This document shows, one piece after another, positions 53,193 through 64,000 of a stretch of DNA of 64,000 nucleotides; positions within the stretch are counted from its first letter, which is position 1; the number at the start of each line of letters is the position of its first letter. Both the position numbers and the translations under genes were made by a program. Source of the stretch: a virus (lineage: Duplodnaviria > Caudoviricetes); IMG/VR virus record IMGVR_UViG_650627111_000001, positions 61,957 to 125,956 of that record, one strand, 5' to 3'. The notes beneath the pieces were generated by a model. The model did not search any database. It saw only the letters and a list, made by a program, of their open reading frames with translations, and was not told the DNA's origin.

Positions 53193-53825
53193 ATGCAACA
53201 GTTAAACCACTTGCACCTTTTCACAACGGACATTATAAACGTATATACTACAGGTGGTAAGACTAAGTTTTATAGAGAATACTCCTACTGGCGCAATATG
53301 AACACTAGGTGTAATAATCCAAATTATTCTGAAAAATACCCGACCTACATTGATGTTTGTATTTCAGAAGAATTTTCAGATTATGATTTCTTTGTTGGAT
53401 GGTGTAGAAGTCTTGAAGTTTTTAAAAATGATCATTGGGTTCTTGACAAAGATATTATACTTAAAGGAAACAAGTGTTATCATCCAGATTTATGCACTTT
53501 TGTTCCTTCTGAGGTAAATGGTTTCTTCGTAATGAGAACTTCAAAAAGAGATAAAGATTTACCTGTTGGTGTTAGCTGGTGTGAGTCTGAAGGTAAATAT
53601 AAAACCTACTGTAGTCAACTTAATGGTAAAAATAAGACAGTTGGTAGATTCTTAAATGTCGATGATGCAGCGATAGCTTATGTAACCTTTAAGAATAATT
53701 TAGCTAAAGAGTTGTCTTCTCGATGGAAAGGTATAGTTGATGAAAGGGTTATAAAAACTTTAGATAAATATGATGTAAGAGACTATATTACTGACGAAGT
53801 AACAAATTATAGATACTTTAAATAA
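53193..53825 (+). CDS. Putative HNH-like homing endonuclease with AP2-like C-terminus
   Basis: WRNMNTRC..Y..LDKDII..GN..Y..CTFVP..VN; LPVGVSW..GRF. Confidence 0.7.
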   Translation: MQQLNHLHLFTTDIINVYTTGGKTKFYREYSYWRNMNTRCNNPNYSEKYPTYIDVCISEEFSDYDFFVGWCRSLEVFKNDHWVLDKDIILKGNKCYHPDLCTFVPSEVNGFFVMRTSKRDKDLPVGVSWCESEGKYKTYCSQLNGKNKTVGRFLNVDDAAIAYVTFKNNLAKELSSRWKGIVDERVIKTLDKYDVRDYITDEVTNYRYFK

Positions 53826-54086
53826 CCATTTGACAACCTGATTGAAACCTATTACTCTCTTTCAGGTTGTCACTTTACAAAGGAAGAGGACATCATGACG
53901 GAATATATAACTCGTGTTGGTGAAGATACCTATCATCCTTGGAAGCAATACTCTCGTGCAAGTTTAGAATACTCTGCAAAAGAGATGAACCTTACTGATG
54001 AGTTTGTATCTCAGCTCTCAGACGAAGAGTTGTTCAATGTTGTGTTGAAAGTTTCATGTAGTAAATCTGTCGAATAAGGAGAAATT

Positions 54087-55067
54087 ATGGAAGTCAATTA
54101 TATTCGTACACAAGTTGAACCTATTGCGCATAAATATACAATTCGTTTAGACCGTGATTTAAGTGAGCCATCAGATTTCCAAGAAGAGCTTGCGACTATG
54201 CGTATGGCTACCGAGAATGATATTGTTCATATTATCATTAACTCTGGTGGTGGTCGTGATGATACAATGAAAGCTTTCTTGAATACAATGAATCAAAGCC
54301 CAGCTCATATTATCACTGAGATTGAATCTGATTGCTGCTCCGCAGTTACTATGATTTTTCTCAACGGGGATGAATTCCGTGTAAGTGATGATGCTGAGTT
54401 TATGATTCATACTGGAGCTTATGGTACTCGTGGTAAGGAGAATAATGTACGCCAGCAAGTAGAGTTCTTTGCAAAAAGTAATGCTCGCTTGATGTACAAG
54501 TATTACAAACATTTCCTGACACCAGAAGAGATTGAAGCGGCTATTGAAGGTAAAGATTTCTGGATGAACTCTGATGAAATCATTGAACGACTTGAACAAC
54601 GTCAGAAATTATTCGAAGAGGAAGAATCTAAATCTTTACAGGAGATTGCAGATTTTGAGGATGAGCAACTTCCTCGTGAGAAATTAGAATCGCTTGATAA
54701 AGAAACTTTGATTCGGCTCATCACTGGTGAAATGGATGATGAAGAGTTTGATGAATTGTTTGGTGATGATGTTCCGAAAGATGTTATGGGTGATATCCCA
54801 GACTTCTCACCATACAAACGTTTTGATAATGGTAGTAATTGGGTAGTAGTCCACGCAGATGGTCAGGTAGGAACAGAGACTTTAGATTGTTTGTTTGACA
54901 TTAGGAATAAATATGACACAATCAAAGGACGCCTAGGTAGTGCAGCTTATGCTAAAATCGTCGCCTCTTGTTTGGGGATTGATTATAACAAGAATGCCAA
55001 CCTAGATTCTATGACTAAACTCATCATTGAGTGTGTTCAGGAAATTGTCCGTGATTTGAATAAATAA
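54087..55067 (+). CDS. ClpP-like serine protease with acidic C-terminal extension
   Basis: IINSGGG, CCSA, FMIH, DFWM motifs. Confidence 0.75.
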   Translation: MEVNYIRTQVEPIAHKYTIRLDRDLSEPSDFQEELATMRMATENDIVHIIINSGGGRDDTMKAFLNTMNQSPAHIITEIESDCCSAVTMIFLNGDEFRVSDDAEFMIHTGAYGTRGKENNVRQQVEFFAKSNARLMYKYYKHFLTPEEIEAAIEGKDFWMNSDEIIERLEQRQKLFEEEESKSLQEIADFEDEQLPREKLESLDKETLIRLITGEMDDEEFDELFGDDVPKDVMGDIPDFSPYKRFDNGSNWVVVHADGQVGTETLDCLFDIRNKYDTIKGRLGSAAYAKIVASCLGIDYNKNANLDSMTKLIIECVQEIVRDLNK

Positions 55068-55857
55068 TTTCATAATAATTAAAATTAACCCTTGACACTA
55101 ACCGTGTCATAAGACATACTACCCATGACAGCAATGTTGTGGGTTTTATTTATATCTATAGGAGGATTGATGGTGGAAGTGGTAGATTTTATCGCACACG
55201 CATTTTGTATCGTAGGCTTGTGTAAGTGGTATAAAGGTGATACACTTGCGGTGAAAGGTACTTGGTGTGATGTTAAGTTACATTGCCGAGAAACAGGTAA
55301 TATCTTTCAATGGGCGAAGCATACGGAGAAAACTCCACGGGTGTGGTTTCGTCTTGAGAAAATTTGGCGTCGTTAAGGAGGAGAAATCATGATTAACTCA
55401 AAACTAGTCGGTAAAACATTACCAGAAATTATACACATGATTGTGTTTGAGGAGATTACAGAAGTTAATTACCACGATGGTGAGTATATGGAGAGTTTGT
55501 TGCAGGAATATATCTCGCAAGAAGAGTTAGAAGATGCGGTTGAAAGTAATTCAGAAGATAGTTACTATGAAGGTCTTTGCGATGGTAGTCGAGAAACCCA
55601 TCTGAAACTGAATCAACGTATTGCTGATTTGGAACAATTGTTGAAGGAGAATGGAATTGAATTTGATTGATTTTCATGTACTAGAGGTACTTGGTGAACC
55701 TGAACATTATAAATTCGAGTTTGGTGAATGTTGGATTGTCAAAGTTATCGCTACATCTTATGGACGCGAGTCTTATATGGAAGTTTATTGCAAATCAGAA
55801 GAGGAAGCTCTTTCTGTTAAAATTGGTTATGTGTTTCAATCTTGAGAGGAGAATAGT

Positions 55858-57210
55858 ATGAGTAAGACAGTTTACGAAATTTTAGAAGAGGTCGCTTCAA
55901 CATCAAGTAAAAATGAAAAAGAGATTATTCTTAAACAACATTCAGATAATAAGACTTTGAGAGAGTGTTTTAGATTAGCCTATTCCCCAACAATTAAGTT
56001 TTATAATAAGAAAGTGGTAACACCTACCACACATGAAATTTGTCTCACACTTGATAAAGCTCTTGATATATTGTTGGTGAACGTAGCTGGGCGTGTGGTT
56101 ACTGGTATAGAGGCGATCGGATATATCGGTGGCGTATTACAAAGTTTATCTTTTAAAGATGCGTCTGTCGCTAAACGTGTAATCTTACAAGACTTACGAT
56201 GTGGTGTACAATCTACAACCATCAATAAAGTGTGGAAAGGTTTGATTGTTAAACCTCCCCGAATGGGTGCTTCTTCTATGAACGAGAAGTCTCTGGCTAA
56301 ATTAAAAACTATTAAGAATCTCGCAATCGAGTTGAAAAGTGATGGAAGCTATGCGGCAAGTATTTGTGGTGAAGATTCAACCATGATGTCACGTAATGGT
56401 AATCCTCTTGAGATTGAATGTTTACAAGAACATCTCTCCTGTGGTGCATTTCATGGATTTGCGTTAGAGGGTGAATTGGTATATTCTCTAGACAAAGCTA
56501 CGAGAGAAGAAGGCAATGGTATTATAACCAAGATTGTTAAAGGTACAGCATCTGATGAAGAAAAGGAAGGTGTCATGTATCAGGTGTGGGATTGCATTGA
56601 CACCAAGTATTATGAAGCTAAAGGTACTTACCCTTTCACAAACCAAGACCGTAGAGTGTTGCTAGAAATTATGATGAAAGAGTACCACACTTGGTGTGAT
56701 TCAGTTGGTGTTAAAACTAAGTTAACCCTTATCCCACGACAAGAGAATGTCACCGTCGATGAAGCTTTTGAAATCTTCGAGAGTTATGTTCGTGCTGGAT
56801 ATGAAGGTGCTATTGCTAAAGATATGAATGGACACTGGTCTGATATTGCAAAACCTGCACATTGCATTAAGCTTAAACGTAAAGAACCATGCGACCTTCG
56901 TGTTGTTGGGTGGTATCCTGCTGAGGTAGGTAGTAAATATGAAGGTTTACTGGGTGGACTACATTGTGAATCTGAATGCGGTACAATCAAAGTTAATGTT
57001 GGTAGTGGTTTTAATGACCAACAGCGACAAGAGTTGGTACAAGATTTACCAAGTATCATTGAAGTTGAGTATGATTCTGTGACTGAGGATAAAAACACTG
57101 GTCAGAAGAGTTTATTCCTCCCGATTTACAAGGGTTCACGTTGGGATAAAGATGTTGCAGATACCTATCAAGAGATTCTTGATAAGCAGCGAATCAAATC
57201 TGAAAAATAA
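55858..57210 (+). CDS. lig: ATP-dependent DNA ligase
   Basis: ELKSDG, LEGELV, YEGAIAK, KLK, VGSGF, SLFLP. Confidence 0.92.
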   Translation: MSKTVYEILEEVASTSSKNEKEIILKQHSDNKTLRECFRLAYSPTIKFYNKKVVTPTTHEICLTLDKALDILLVNVAGRVVTGIEAIGYIGGVLQSLSFKDASVAKRVILQDLRCGVQSTTINKVWKGLIVKPPRMGASSMNEKSLAKLKTIKNLAIELKSDGSYAASICGEDSTMMSRNGNPLEIECLQEHLSCGAFHGFALEGELVYSLDKATREEGNGIITKIVKGTASDEEKEGVMYQVWDCIDTKYYEAKGTYPFTNQDRRVLLEIMMKEYHTWCDSVGVKTKLTLIPRQENVTVDEAFEIFESYVRAGYEGAIAKDMNGHWSDIAKPAHCIKLKRKEPCDLRVVGWYPAEVGSKYEGLLGGLHCESECGTIKVNVGSGFNDQQRQELVQDLPSIIEVEYDSVTEDKNTGQKSLFLPIYKGSRWDKDVADTYQEILDKQRIKSEK

Positions 57211-57213
57211 TCA

Positions 57214-59432
57214 TTGACATCTACTAAAGATCACCGTAAAGTGGTCTTTGTTGGGTTGAAATGCTTCACTAACAAGGGAGAAATAATTATAATGCAAAAT
57301 AATATTGATGTAGACACAAACGAACACCTAAACTCTCGTTATATCCAATCATTCTTGGATGAGTATGGCTTCTATGATAATGAGATTTTTGATGGTGAGA
57401 ATTTTTGTATTTGGATGGAGGAAATGTGATGAACAAAGTTGATGTCGGTAGCTATGAATTTGATATCTTAGTGCAATGTATTAATAAACGTCCCGAAGAG
57501 TATGCAGAAAAGATTCTTCAATTGGAAGCAAAGGTTGAAGAAATGAAACTACTAGAGTCTCGTTTTGACCACGTGATAAGTATCATCGATGAAATATATA
57601 ATTCTGGTGATTACTCATCACGTACAGAGTCTATGCTACAGAAGATTTTGTTGGAGGGTTGATATGGACACATGTAAAGGTTTAACTATCGTAGAACATG
57701 AAGATTTACTCAAAGCAGTTAACAATTGGGAAAAGTGTAAAGCACTCTACCATAAAATTGATGCTGATGCATTGAAATATGCGCAAGATGAATTTGGTAA
57801 GCTTCCAAAGATTAAGCAATTTTACCTGAAATATACAAAGTGTGATTGGATTCTTTTCATCCCTTGTGTGACAATCTACCGCCACGGAGAAGAATATCTT
57901 CTTAAGTATCTGCGAGAAGCTGAAGGTGGAGTTTATCCGAAGCTTGACAAACTAAACTCTTACTTTCATAATTACATCTCACAAGGTATGGTGGCAAAAG
58001 AGTGTAAAAACCATTCAATGTATAATGGTGTACACTATCTCAATGACCAGCAAGTTTTGTTTGTTAATAAGTTTAAAGGTTTGGAGGTGTAACATGAACA
58101 CATCAAAAGAAGTAGAATATTTAACAACAATCTCAAAACTAAGTGTACAAGTACGAACTCTTGAACAAGAGGTTGAACGTTTACGCAAAGAATTGCAACT
58201 TGAATATTTAACAGCTTTACAAATTCAAGATGTTGAAGAGTATTATGGTATTGATACGACAGATTTATCAAAGAATCTATTACGTAATTTGTATAAGAAA
58301 ATGGTTGAAGCTGGGGAGAAATCACAATGTCAGAACTAACCTCGTGCATGATAACATGCACAAAAGAAGCTTTCTACGATAAAGTTACACTCTTGGAGAA
58401 GAATGGTGTTACCTTCGTACGAGAATATACCTCTGACAAGAAAACTTGTCGCTATGTCACCATCAAGCACAAGTATGACCTTTGTTGTGGAAGAGTTGTC
58501 CTTGAACGCACGAAATATTTCGGCAACATAGGGTATTATTATGATAGTAATTATTTTGATTTGATTGAAGAGAAGGAGAGTGATTGATGTCACTTAGTTT
58601 AACATTCAAAGACTCTAAGGTGGATGGTTGGCCTCCCCATAAAAGTAAAATAAGTTATTATGTCTTAGATGATAACCCATACCTACACCAAGAACTTCAT
58701 CCACAATATGCTGAAATTACTTATGGGTGGTATAGTGAATGTCATGAAGTTTTCGAACATTATGACCCAATCAAAGAGTCAGGTTATAAACTTGGAGATA
58801 GTCGTCCAAGTACTTACTTTTCTGATGATGAAAATGAGTCTCATAGAACAGTATATCTGTCCATACAAATGGAAGAATATAGTTTTGATGAAAACCAAGC
58901 GCACATTGCATGGATGCACACTCATGATATGCAAAGGGAGATATCTAAACACCAATCCCGAAATTACTTTCCTTGCTTTGATATCAACAACCTGTTACGT
59001 GAAGGTGTTGTAACACCAGTTAGTTTTGAAAAGGTTGTTGTGGGTGAAGAAAGTAACCAATATTACCATGTCTATGGTGTGTTCAAATACATGGGAGAAA
59101 ATTACCTGTTGAAGATGTCTCAAGATTCTCAATGGTCTGAAGATTCTTGGGTAAAAGATGGTGAGTACGGGGATGTTTCTATATATCAATGGACTAAGCT
59201 TTAAATAGGAGAATGATTGATGACAGATATTAACAAACTTAAAATTGGTGGCTACTACCCTTTTGTAATGAAAAATGGTGAAGGTTACCACAAATGTGTT
59301 GGTTATGTCGGTAAAAGCTTCATATACGTAACTAACATGTTTGTTGCATATGATAAAGAGGACATTCTTTGGGTTGGTGATGAAATTGTAATTGACTTCC
59401 CACAAGAATATTGTGAACCTGAGTATCTATAA
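57214..59432 (+). CDS. Cluster of small hypothetical proteins
   Basis: Coupled ORFs downstream of TTGACA at 57214. Confidence 0.5.
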
Positions 59433-59444
59433 GGAGAATAAACT

Positions 59445-60021
59445 ATGAACGATTTAATTATGGAATACCAAAACAACAATGATATTATTACACACCAGCA
59501 AAAGGTTGCATTGGAAATCTTACACAAACTTGAATGTGCAGACCCTTATGCAATTCTTGCAGGTGGTGCTCCTCGTGATTGGTATTTTGATAAGCCAGCT
59601 AATGATTTAGATTTCTATGTATATCTACCACCTGCAACAGTTCGTTTCGAGATTCTTCGTTGGGAACGATTAGGATTAAAACTGAATCGCATTGATTGGA
59701 ACGATTCTCGTAGTGAAGAGTACAAATGTATGGAACACTTGTCTCGTATCTGGGAAGGTGAATGTGATGGTGTGAAATTTCAAGTTATGGTTATGCGTGA
59801 ACCAACATTTAAATCTGTTGTCCCTATGTTTGGTGCAAGTGTTTGTATGGCTTGGTGAGGCTGATACATTAGATGAAACATTACTAACCTTAGAGCAATA
59901 TTTTCTTGACAATGGTAATGTTGTTGGTTTAGTATGGGATTTACGTGATAGCAACATCATGCAAGATGTTTACACCGGTGATTTAGTTATTACAGACCCT
60001 TGGTCTGAGAGTCAATATTAA
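59445..60021 (+). pseudogene. Truncated nucleotidyltransferase joined to a kinase-like C-terminal remnant
   Basis: AGGAPRD..DLDFY head domain stops at 59858; another frame gives WDLRDSNIM..LVITDPW with no start. Confidence 0.55.
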
Positions 60022-60038
60022 TTAATAGGAGAAATATT

Positions 60039-61579
60039 ATGACGACGTACAATACATATGCAGAAGCGAAGATTGCAAATCCGGATAGTGAGATTTATGT
60101 ATCTGCTAGAGGGTTTTTTGCACCGTTGAATTTAAATATCCCAGCTTGTAATAGTAATGCATGGGTAGAATGCCATCCGAAAGACTACTGTATTACATTG
60201 GAAGAATTTTTGAAGAAAGGGTATAAACTTGTAGATAATGATATTTACCCAGAAGACGATGGAGATTTTTGTGTGGTTGGGGTTGATATTAAAACAAAAA
60301 CTGCGAATTCCTCTTGCGTAGATGATGAGTATAGATACATCCTCCGTGCCAAAGCTTTGGAAACACAACCTACAAAATCTGAAATTGATAATACACCACA
60401 ACAAGTGGAGAGCTTGTCGTCGGCAACTACAACCAATGCACCAGCTAAAGTTGTAACTAAAGTTGAGTATGAACAGGTTAAGGTTAAGTCATTCTTTGAA
60501 TTATCAGAGCCATTCCAACTAGGTGAGTTGTATTTCGATGCTGCTGGTGATTGTGAAAAGAAATCAAAAATCTTAACAGAGTTGCAACTATCACAGCTAT
60601 TCTTTCGCAATACGAAAATCTACCGTCGCATCGAGAAAGAACTAACTTGGCAAGAGTATGTAGAATCTATCTACTCATTCGTAGAGTTCTCAACAAAGAA
60701 TAAGCCTGTTCATATCAATACAAAACAAAGTATCGATGAAGATAGTTACTTAGAGATGTGCCGTGTCACTTTACGAGCAATTGGTGAGATTGAATAAGGA
60801 GTGGATTTATGTTTAATAAATTTAAATATTGGTTGAAGTGGAAGATTGCAGCGGATGAATTACATGAACTTTGGATATTAAAACAGAGGATTAAGGAGGT
60901 TGGTGTTTGGTGCTCACCAGATAAGAAGGCGATTGCAATTTCAAAATTCCTACTTGATACACATGATTACCCTAACCAATGTATAGGTACTTACGGCTCT
61001 ATAGATGACTTTCGTGAATATCTTAAAACTTTAGATTAAATAAGGAGAAGCTATGATGAATAAGATTCAAACTATCTTAAAACAGATTGAAGATTTACAA
61101 AAAGAATTAAAACTTGAACGTATGCAATGTAAACATACACGGGTTATCTACAATTACGGAAGTAATACCGGTAATTATGACCCAACATCAGATGTTTATT
61201 GGAATAACGTAACTTGTATTGATTGTGGGATACGTAAAACTTTTTACAGTAAGGAAGATTCTACAAACTATCGATTGGTAGGCGAAGTTGGTAGTGAGTT
61301 GAAGATGAAAGAAGAAGAGTATGAACACTTCTTGAATATTCAAGAACAATTAGGTAAGGTGTTGTAATAGAAACAATCAAAATTACATTGGATACATTCA
61401 AAGGTTTTAATAAGTATGAATGGTTAACATTCATCACATTCTTGATTAGCTCGATTGTAGCCCTGTTGGAAGGTGAATTTTATTATTCACTCATTATCTT
61501 ATTAGGTTGCGTATGGATTTTCACATCAGCAGGCTATCGTCAGGATGTGGATATTCTTTTGGAAAAGGGAGAGGAGTAG
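60039..61579 (+). CDS. Four hypothetical proteins
   Basis: ORFs 60039-60797, 60809-61039, 61053-61367, 61388-61579. Confidence 0.6.
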
Positions 61580-61584
61580 TAATT

Positions 61585-62427
61585 ATGTCTAATATTACTT
61601 TTGTTGATGAATCCGCAACAATAAAATGGATTACGTTTAGTGATAAAACCGAAACTTGTAAGATTGAACCTGTAAAGGTTTCAGGTAGTCATGGTGTTGG
61701 TTTTATGTCAATTGGAAACCACATTCAAATTAACATTGAGGATGCCACACGTGATTTAATTCGTTTAGGTTTAGTAAAAGATACCTTATCACGTATGGGA
61801 GTATCTGATGTAAAACTCACACTAGGTTATTTCCCACAAGCTCGTGCAGATCGTGTATTTGAAAAAGGCAATCCACTACCTGTGAAAGTATTTGCAGATA
61901 TCTTAAATAGTTTTGGTTTTAGTAAGGTCTATATTTTTGACCCACATAGTGATGTTACTCCTGCACTAATTAACAATGTTGAGGTTATCTCACAAACTAC
62001 TATGTTGAACAATCAATTAACCATCATTAAGCGATATATGAATGATTTCACATTATGTGCTCCAGATTTAGGAGCTACAAAGAAGATTTTTGATAGTGTG
62101 CAAGCTTTCGGACATATCGATTATATCCAAGCTGTTAAGATTCGTGATGTAAAAACAGGCGATATCGTAAAATGTGACTTGACAGTAGATAAGGTAGGGG
62201 GTAATATCCTCATTGTAGATGATATTTGTGATGGCGCAGCCTCCTTCAAATTCCTAGCACATAAACTTAAAGAGAAAGGTGCGGATAAGGTAGGTTTGTA
62301 TGTCACACACGGTATCTTCTCTAAAGGTTTGGATGTGTTAGGTGAGTATGTAGATTATGTATTCTGCCCTAATATTGTAGGTGGTTATATCAACCAACAA
62401 GATATCCAAAAATTTAACAGTAAATAA
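61585..62427 (+). CDS. Ribose-phosphate pyrophosphokinase-like protein (probable Adps of NARP1)
   Basis: YFPQARADR, FDPHS, APDLGA, IVDDICDGAASF, VTHGIFS; start 61585 after GAGGAG. Confidence 0.85.
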   Translation: MSNITFVDESATIKWITFSDKTETCKIEPVKVSGSHGVGFMSIGNHIQINIEDATRDLIRLGLVKDTLSRMGVSDVKLTLGYFPQARADRVFEKGNPLPVKVFADILNSFGFSKVYIFDPHSDVTPALINNVEVISQTTMLNNQLTIIKRYMNDFTLCAPDLGATKKIFDSVQAFGHIDYIQAVKIRDVKTGDIVKCDLTVDKVGGNILIVDDICDGAASFKFLAHKLKEKGADKVGLYVTHGIFSKGLDVLGEYVDYVFCPNIVGGYINQQDIQKFNSK

Positions 62428-62460
62428 GTTTTAGTGGACACAGAAAAAGGAGAAACACAT

Positions 62461-63927
62461 ATGAATAATATTAACGCAGCTCTAATGAAAGATACTTACA
62501 AAGCTTTCCACAAGTTTTCATACAACCCAGAAGTGACTCACGTATATAGTAACTTCACTAACCGACACGGTAAGTATTCTAATACAAAATCTGATGAGGT
62601 TGTCTTCGTGGGTCTTCAATATTTCATCAAAGAGGTTTTGATTAAACAGTGGAATGAAACATTCTTCTCTAAAACCAAAGAAGAGGCTGTTGGTGAATAC
62701 CGTCGTGTAATTGAAAGTATGTTAGGTAAACCTATTGACACCAAACACATGGAAGCTTTACATGATTTAGGTTATCTACCAATCTTAATCAAGGCGCTTC
62801 AGGAAGGTAGTGTTGTTGGTTACCAAATCCCAACACTAACAATCACTAACACCGTAAGTGGTTTCGGTTGGGTTACAAACATGTTAGAGACTGTATTATC
62901 GAGTGAACTATGGGGTATCTCTACATCAGCCACAACAGCTTATGCTTACCGTAAACGCTTTGAGAAGGAACAATCCCTAAAAGACTTAGGCATGATTCCT
63001 TTCCTTGGTCATGACTTCTCTTATCGTGGCATGTTTGGTACACAAGCTGCTGCACAAAGTGGTTTCGGACACTTATGTTCATTTGTAGGTAGCGATACAA
63101 TCCCAGCCGCATTGTTTGCAGAAGAATACTATGGTGCTAAGATTGATAAAGAGTTGGTATTTGCTAGTGTAGATGCAACAGAACATAGTGTAATGTGTTC
63201 TTATGGAACAGAAGGTGAACAAGCTTCACTAGAACACCTAATCACTAATGTAACACCATCAGGTATTATCTCTGTAGTATCTGATACGTGGGATTTCTGG
63301 AAGCTTGTAACAGAATATCTACCAAACCTAAAAGACAAGATTATGTCTCGTGAAGGAACTTTGGTTATTCGTCCAGATAGTGGTGACCCAGTTAAAATCC
63401 TTTGTGGTGATGAAGACTCTAAACTAGGTTCTGCAGAAAATAAAGGACTCATTGAATGTCTGTGGGATACCTTTGGTGGAACTATCCAAGAGTCGACAGG
63501 GTTGAAACTTCTAGATTCACATATTGGTGCAATCTACGGGGATTCTATCACACTAGAACGCCAAGATGAGATTATCAAGCGTCTTATTACTAAAGGTTTT
63601 GTTCCTAGTGTTGTATTAGGTATTGGTAGCTACACTTACCAATATGTCACTCGTGATACACACGGTTCTGCAGTTAAAGCAACATGTGTACAAAAAGGTG
63701 AAGGTAATTACGAACCAATCTTCAAAGACCCTAAGACAGATAAGAGTAAGAAATCTGCAAAGGGGTTATTGATGGTGACAAAAGAAGAAGGTAAGTTTGT
63801 ATTACATTCAGATGTTACACCAGAACAAGAACAACAGGGTGAACTTATCCCTGTATTCAAAGATGGTAAACTTCTTGTAGAGACGACTTTATCTAAGATT
63901 CGTGAACGTATCGATAGTACATTCTAA
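62461..63927 (+). CDS. Nicotinamide phosphoribosyltransferase-like protein (probable Namat of NARP1)
   Basis: DTYK..H, HDFSYRG, GSDT, ATEHSVM, VIRPDSGDP, IYGDSIT, TRDT, KKSAKG. Confidence 0.9.
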   Translation: MNNINAALMKDTYKAFHKFSYNPEVTHVYSNFTNRHGKYSNTKSDEVVFVGLQYFIKEVLIKQWNETFFSKTKEEAVGEYRRVIESMLGKPIDTKHMEALHDLGYLPILIKALQEGSVVGYQIPTLTITNTVSGFGWVTNMLETVLSSELWGISTSATTAYAYRKRFEKEQSLKDLGMIPFLGHDFSYRGMFGTQAAAQSGFGHLCSFVGSDTIPAALFAEEYYGAKIDKELVFASVDATEHSVMCSYGTEGEQASLEHLITNVTPSGIISVVSDTWDFWKLVTEYLPNLKDKIMSREGTLVIRPDSGDPVKILCGDEDSKLGSAENKGLIECLWDTFGGTIQESTGLKLLDSHIGAIYGDSITLERQDEIIKRLITKGFVPSVVLGIGSYTYQYVTRDTHGSAVKATCVQKGEGNYEPIFKDPKTDKSKKSAKGLLMVTKEEGKFVLHSDVTPEQEQQGELIPVFKDGKLLVETTLSKIRERIDSTF

Positions 63928-63961
63928 TAACACTAATACTAAGAGTTGTTTAGTTAATACC

Positions 63962-63986
63962 AAGACGTCCTCTGTGGCGTCTTTTT
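63962..63986 (+). terminator. Intrinsic terminator
   Basis: AAGACGTC..GGCGTCTT-TTT. Confidence 0.7.
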
Positions 63987-64000
63987 CATTCACATACTAT

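Noticed and set aside
1-64000. CRISPR array or cas genes (carried by some ICP1 isolates)
   Set aside because: No regularly spaced repeats or Cas-like ORFs seen in this window

Overview
64 kb of an AT-rich, densely coding lytic dsDNA phage genome. Gene content and order match my recollection of Vibrio cholerae phage ICP1 (roughly gp116 onward). That identification and all gp numbers and ICP1 gene names are from memory and gene counting, not from a search. The left arm (1.3-26.2 kb, mostly minus strand) holds the head and packaging module (major capsid, decoration, scaffold, protease, portal, terminase), the lysis cassette, an SF1B helicase and many small ORFs. The right arm (26.4-64 kb, plus strand) holds nucleotide metabolism, replication/recombination and counter-defence genes: RdgC, exonucleases, ThyX, Dam, intein-containing NrdA, NrdB-glutaredoxin, endolysin, PhoH, ClpP-like, ligase and a PRPS/NAMPT-like pair. 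Features the ORF track misses: (1) a ~890-nt ORF-free, highly structured RNA gene with its own promoter and terminator (18257-19142); (2) a ~170-nt candidate sRNA that displays anti-Shine-Dalgarno loops (16371-16543); (3) a 262-nt ORF-less group I intron splitting the terL Walker A motif; (4) a separately transcribed, catalytically degenerate mini-paralog of the TerL ATPase; (5) several frameshifted or deletion-fused pseudogenes. No tRNA, rRNA or CRISPR array was seen.
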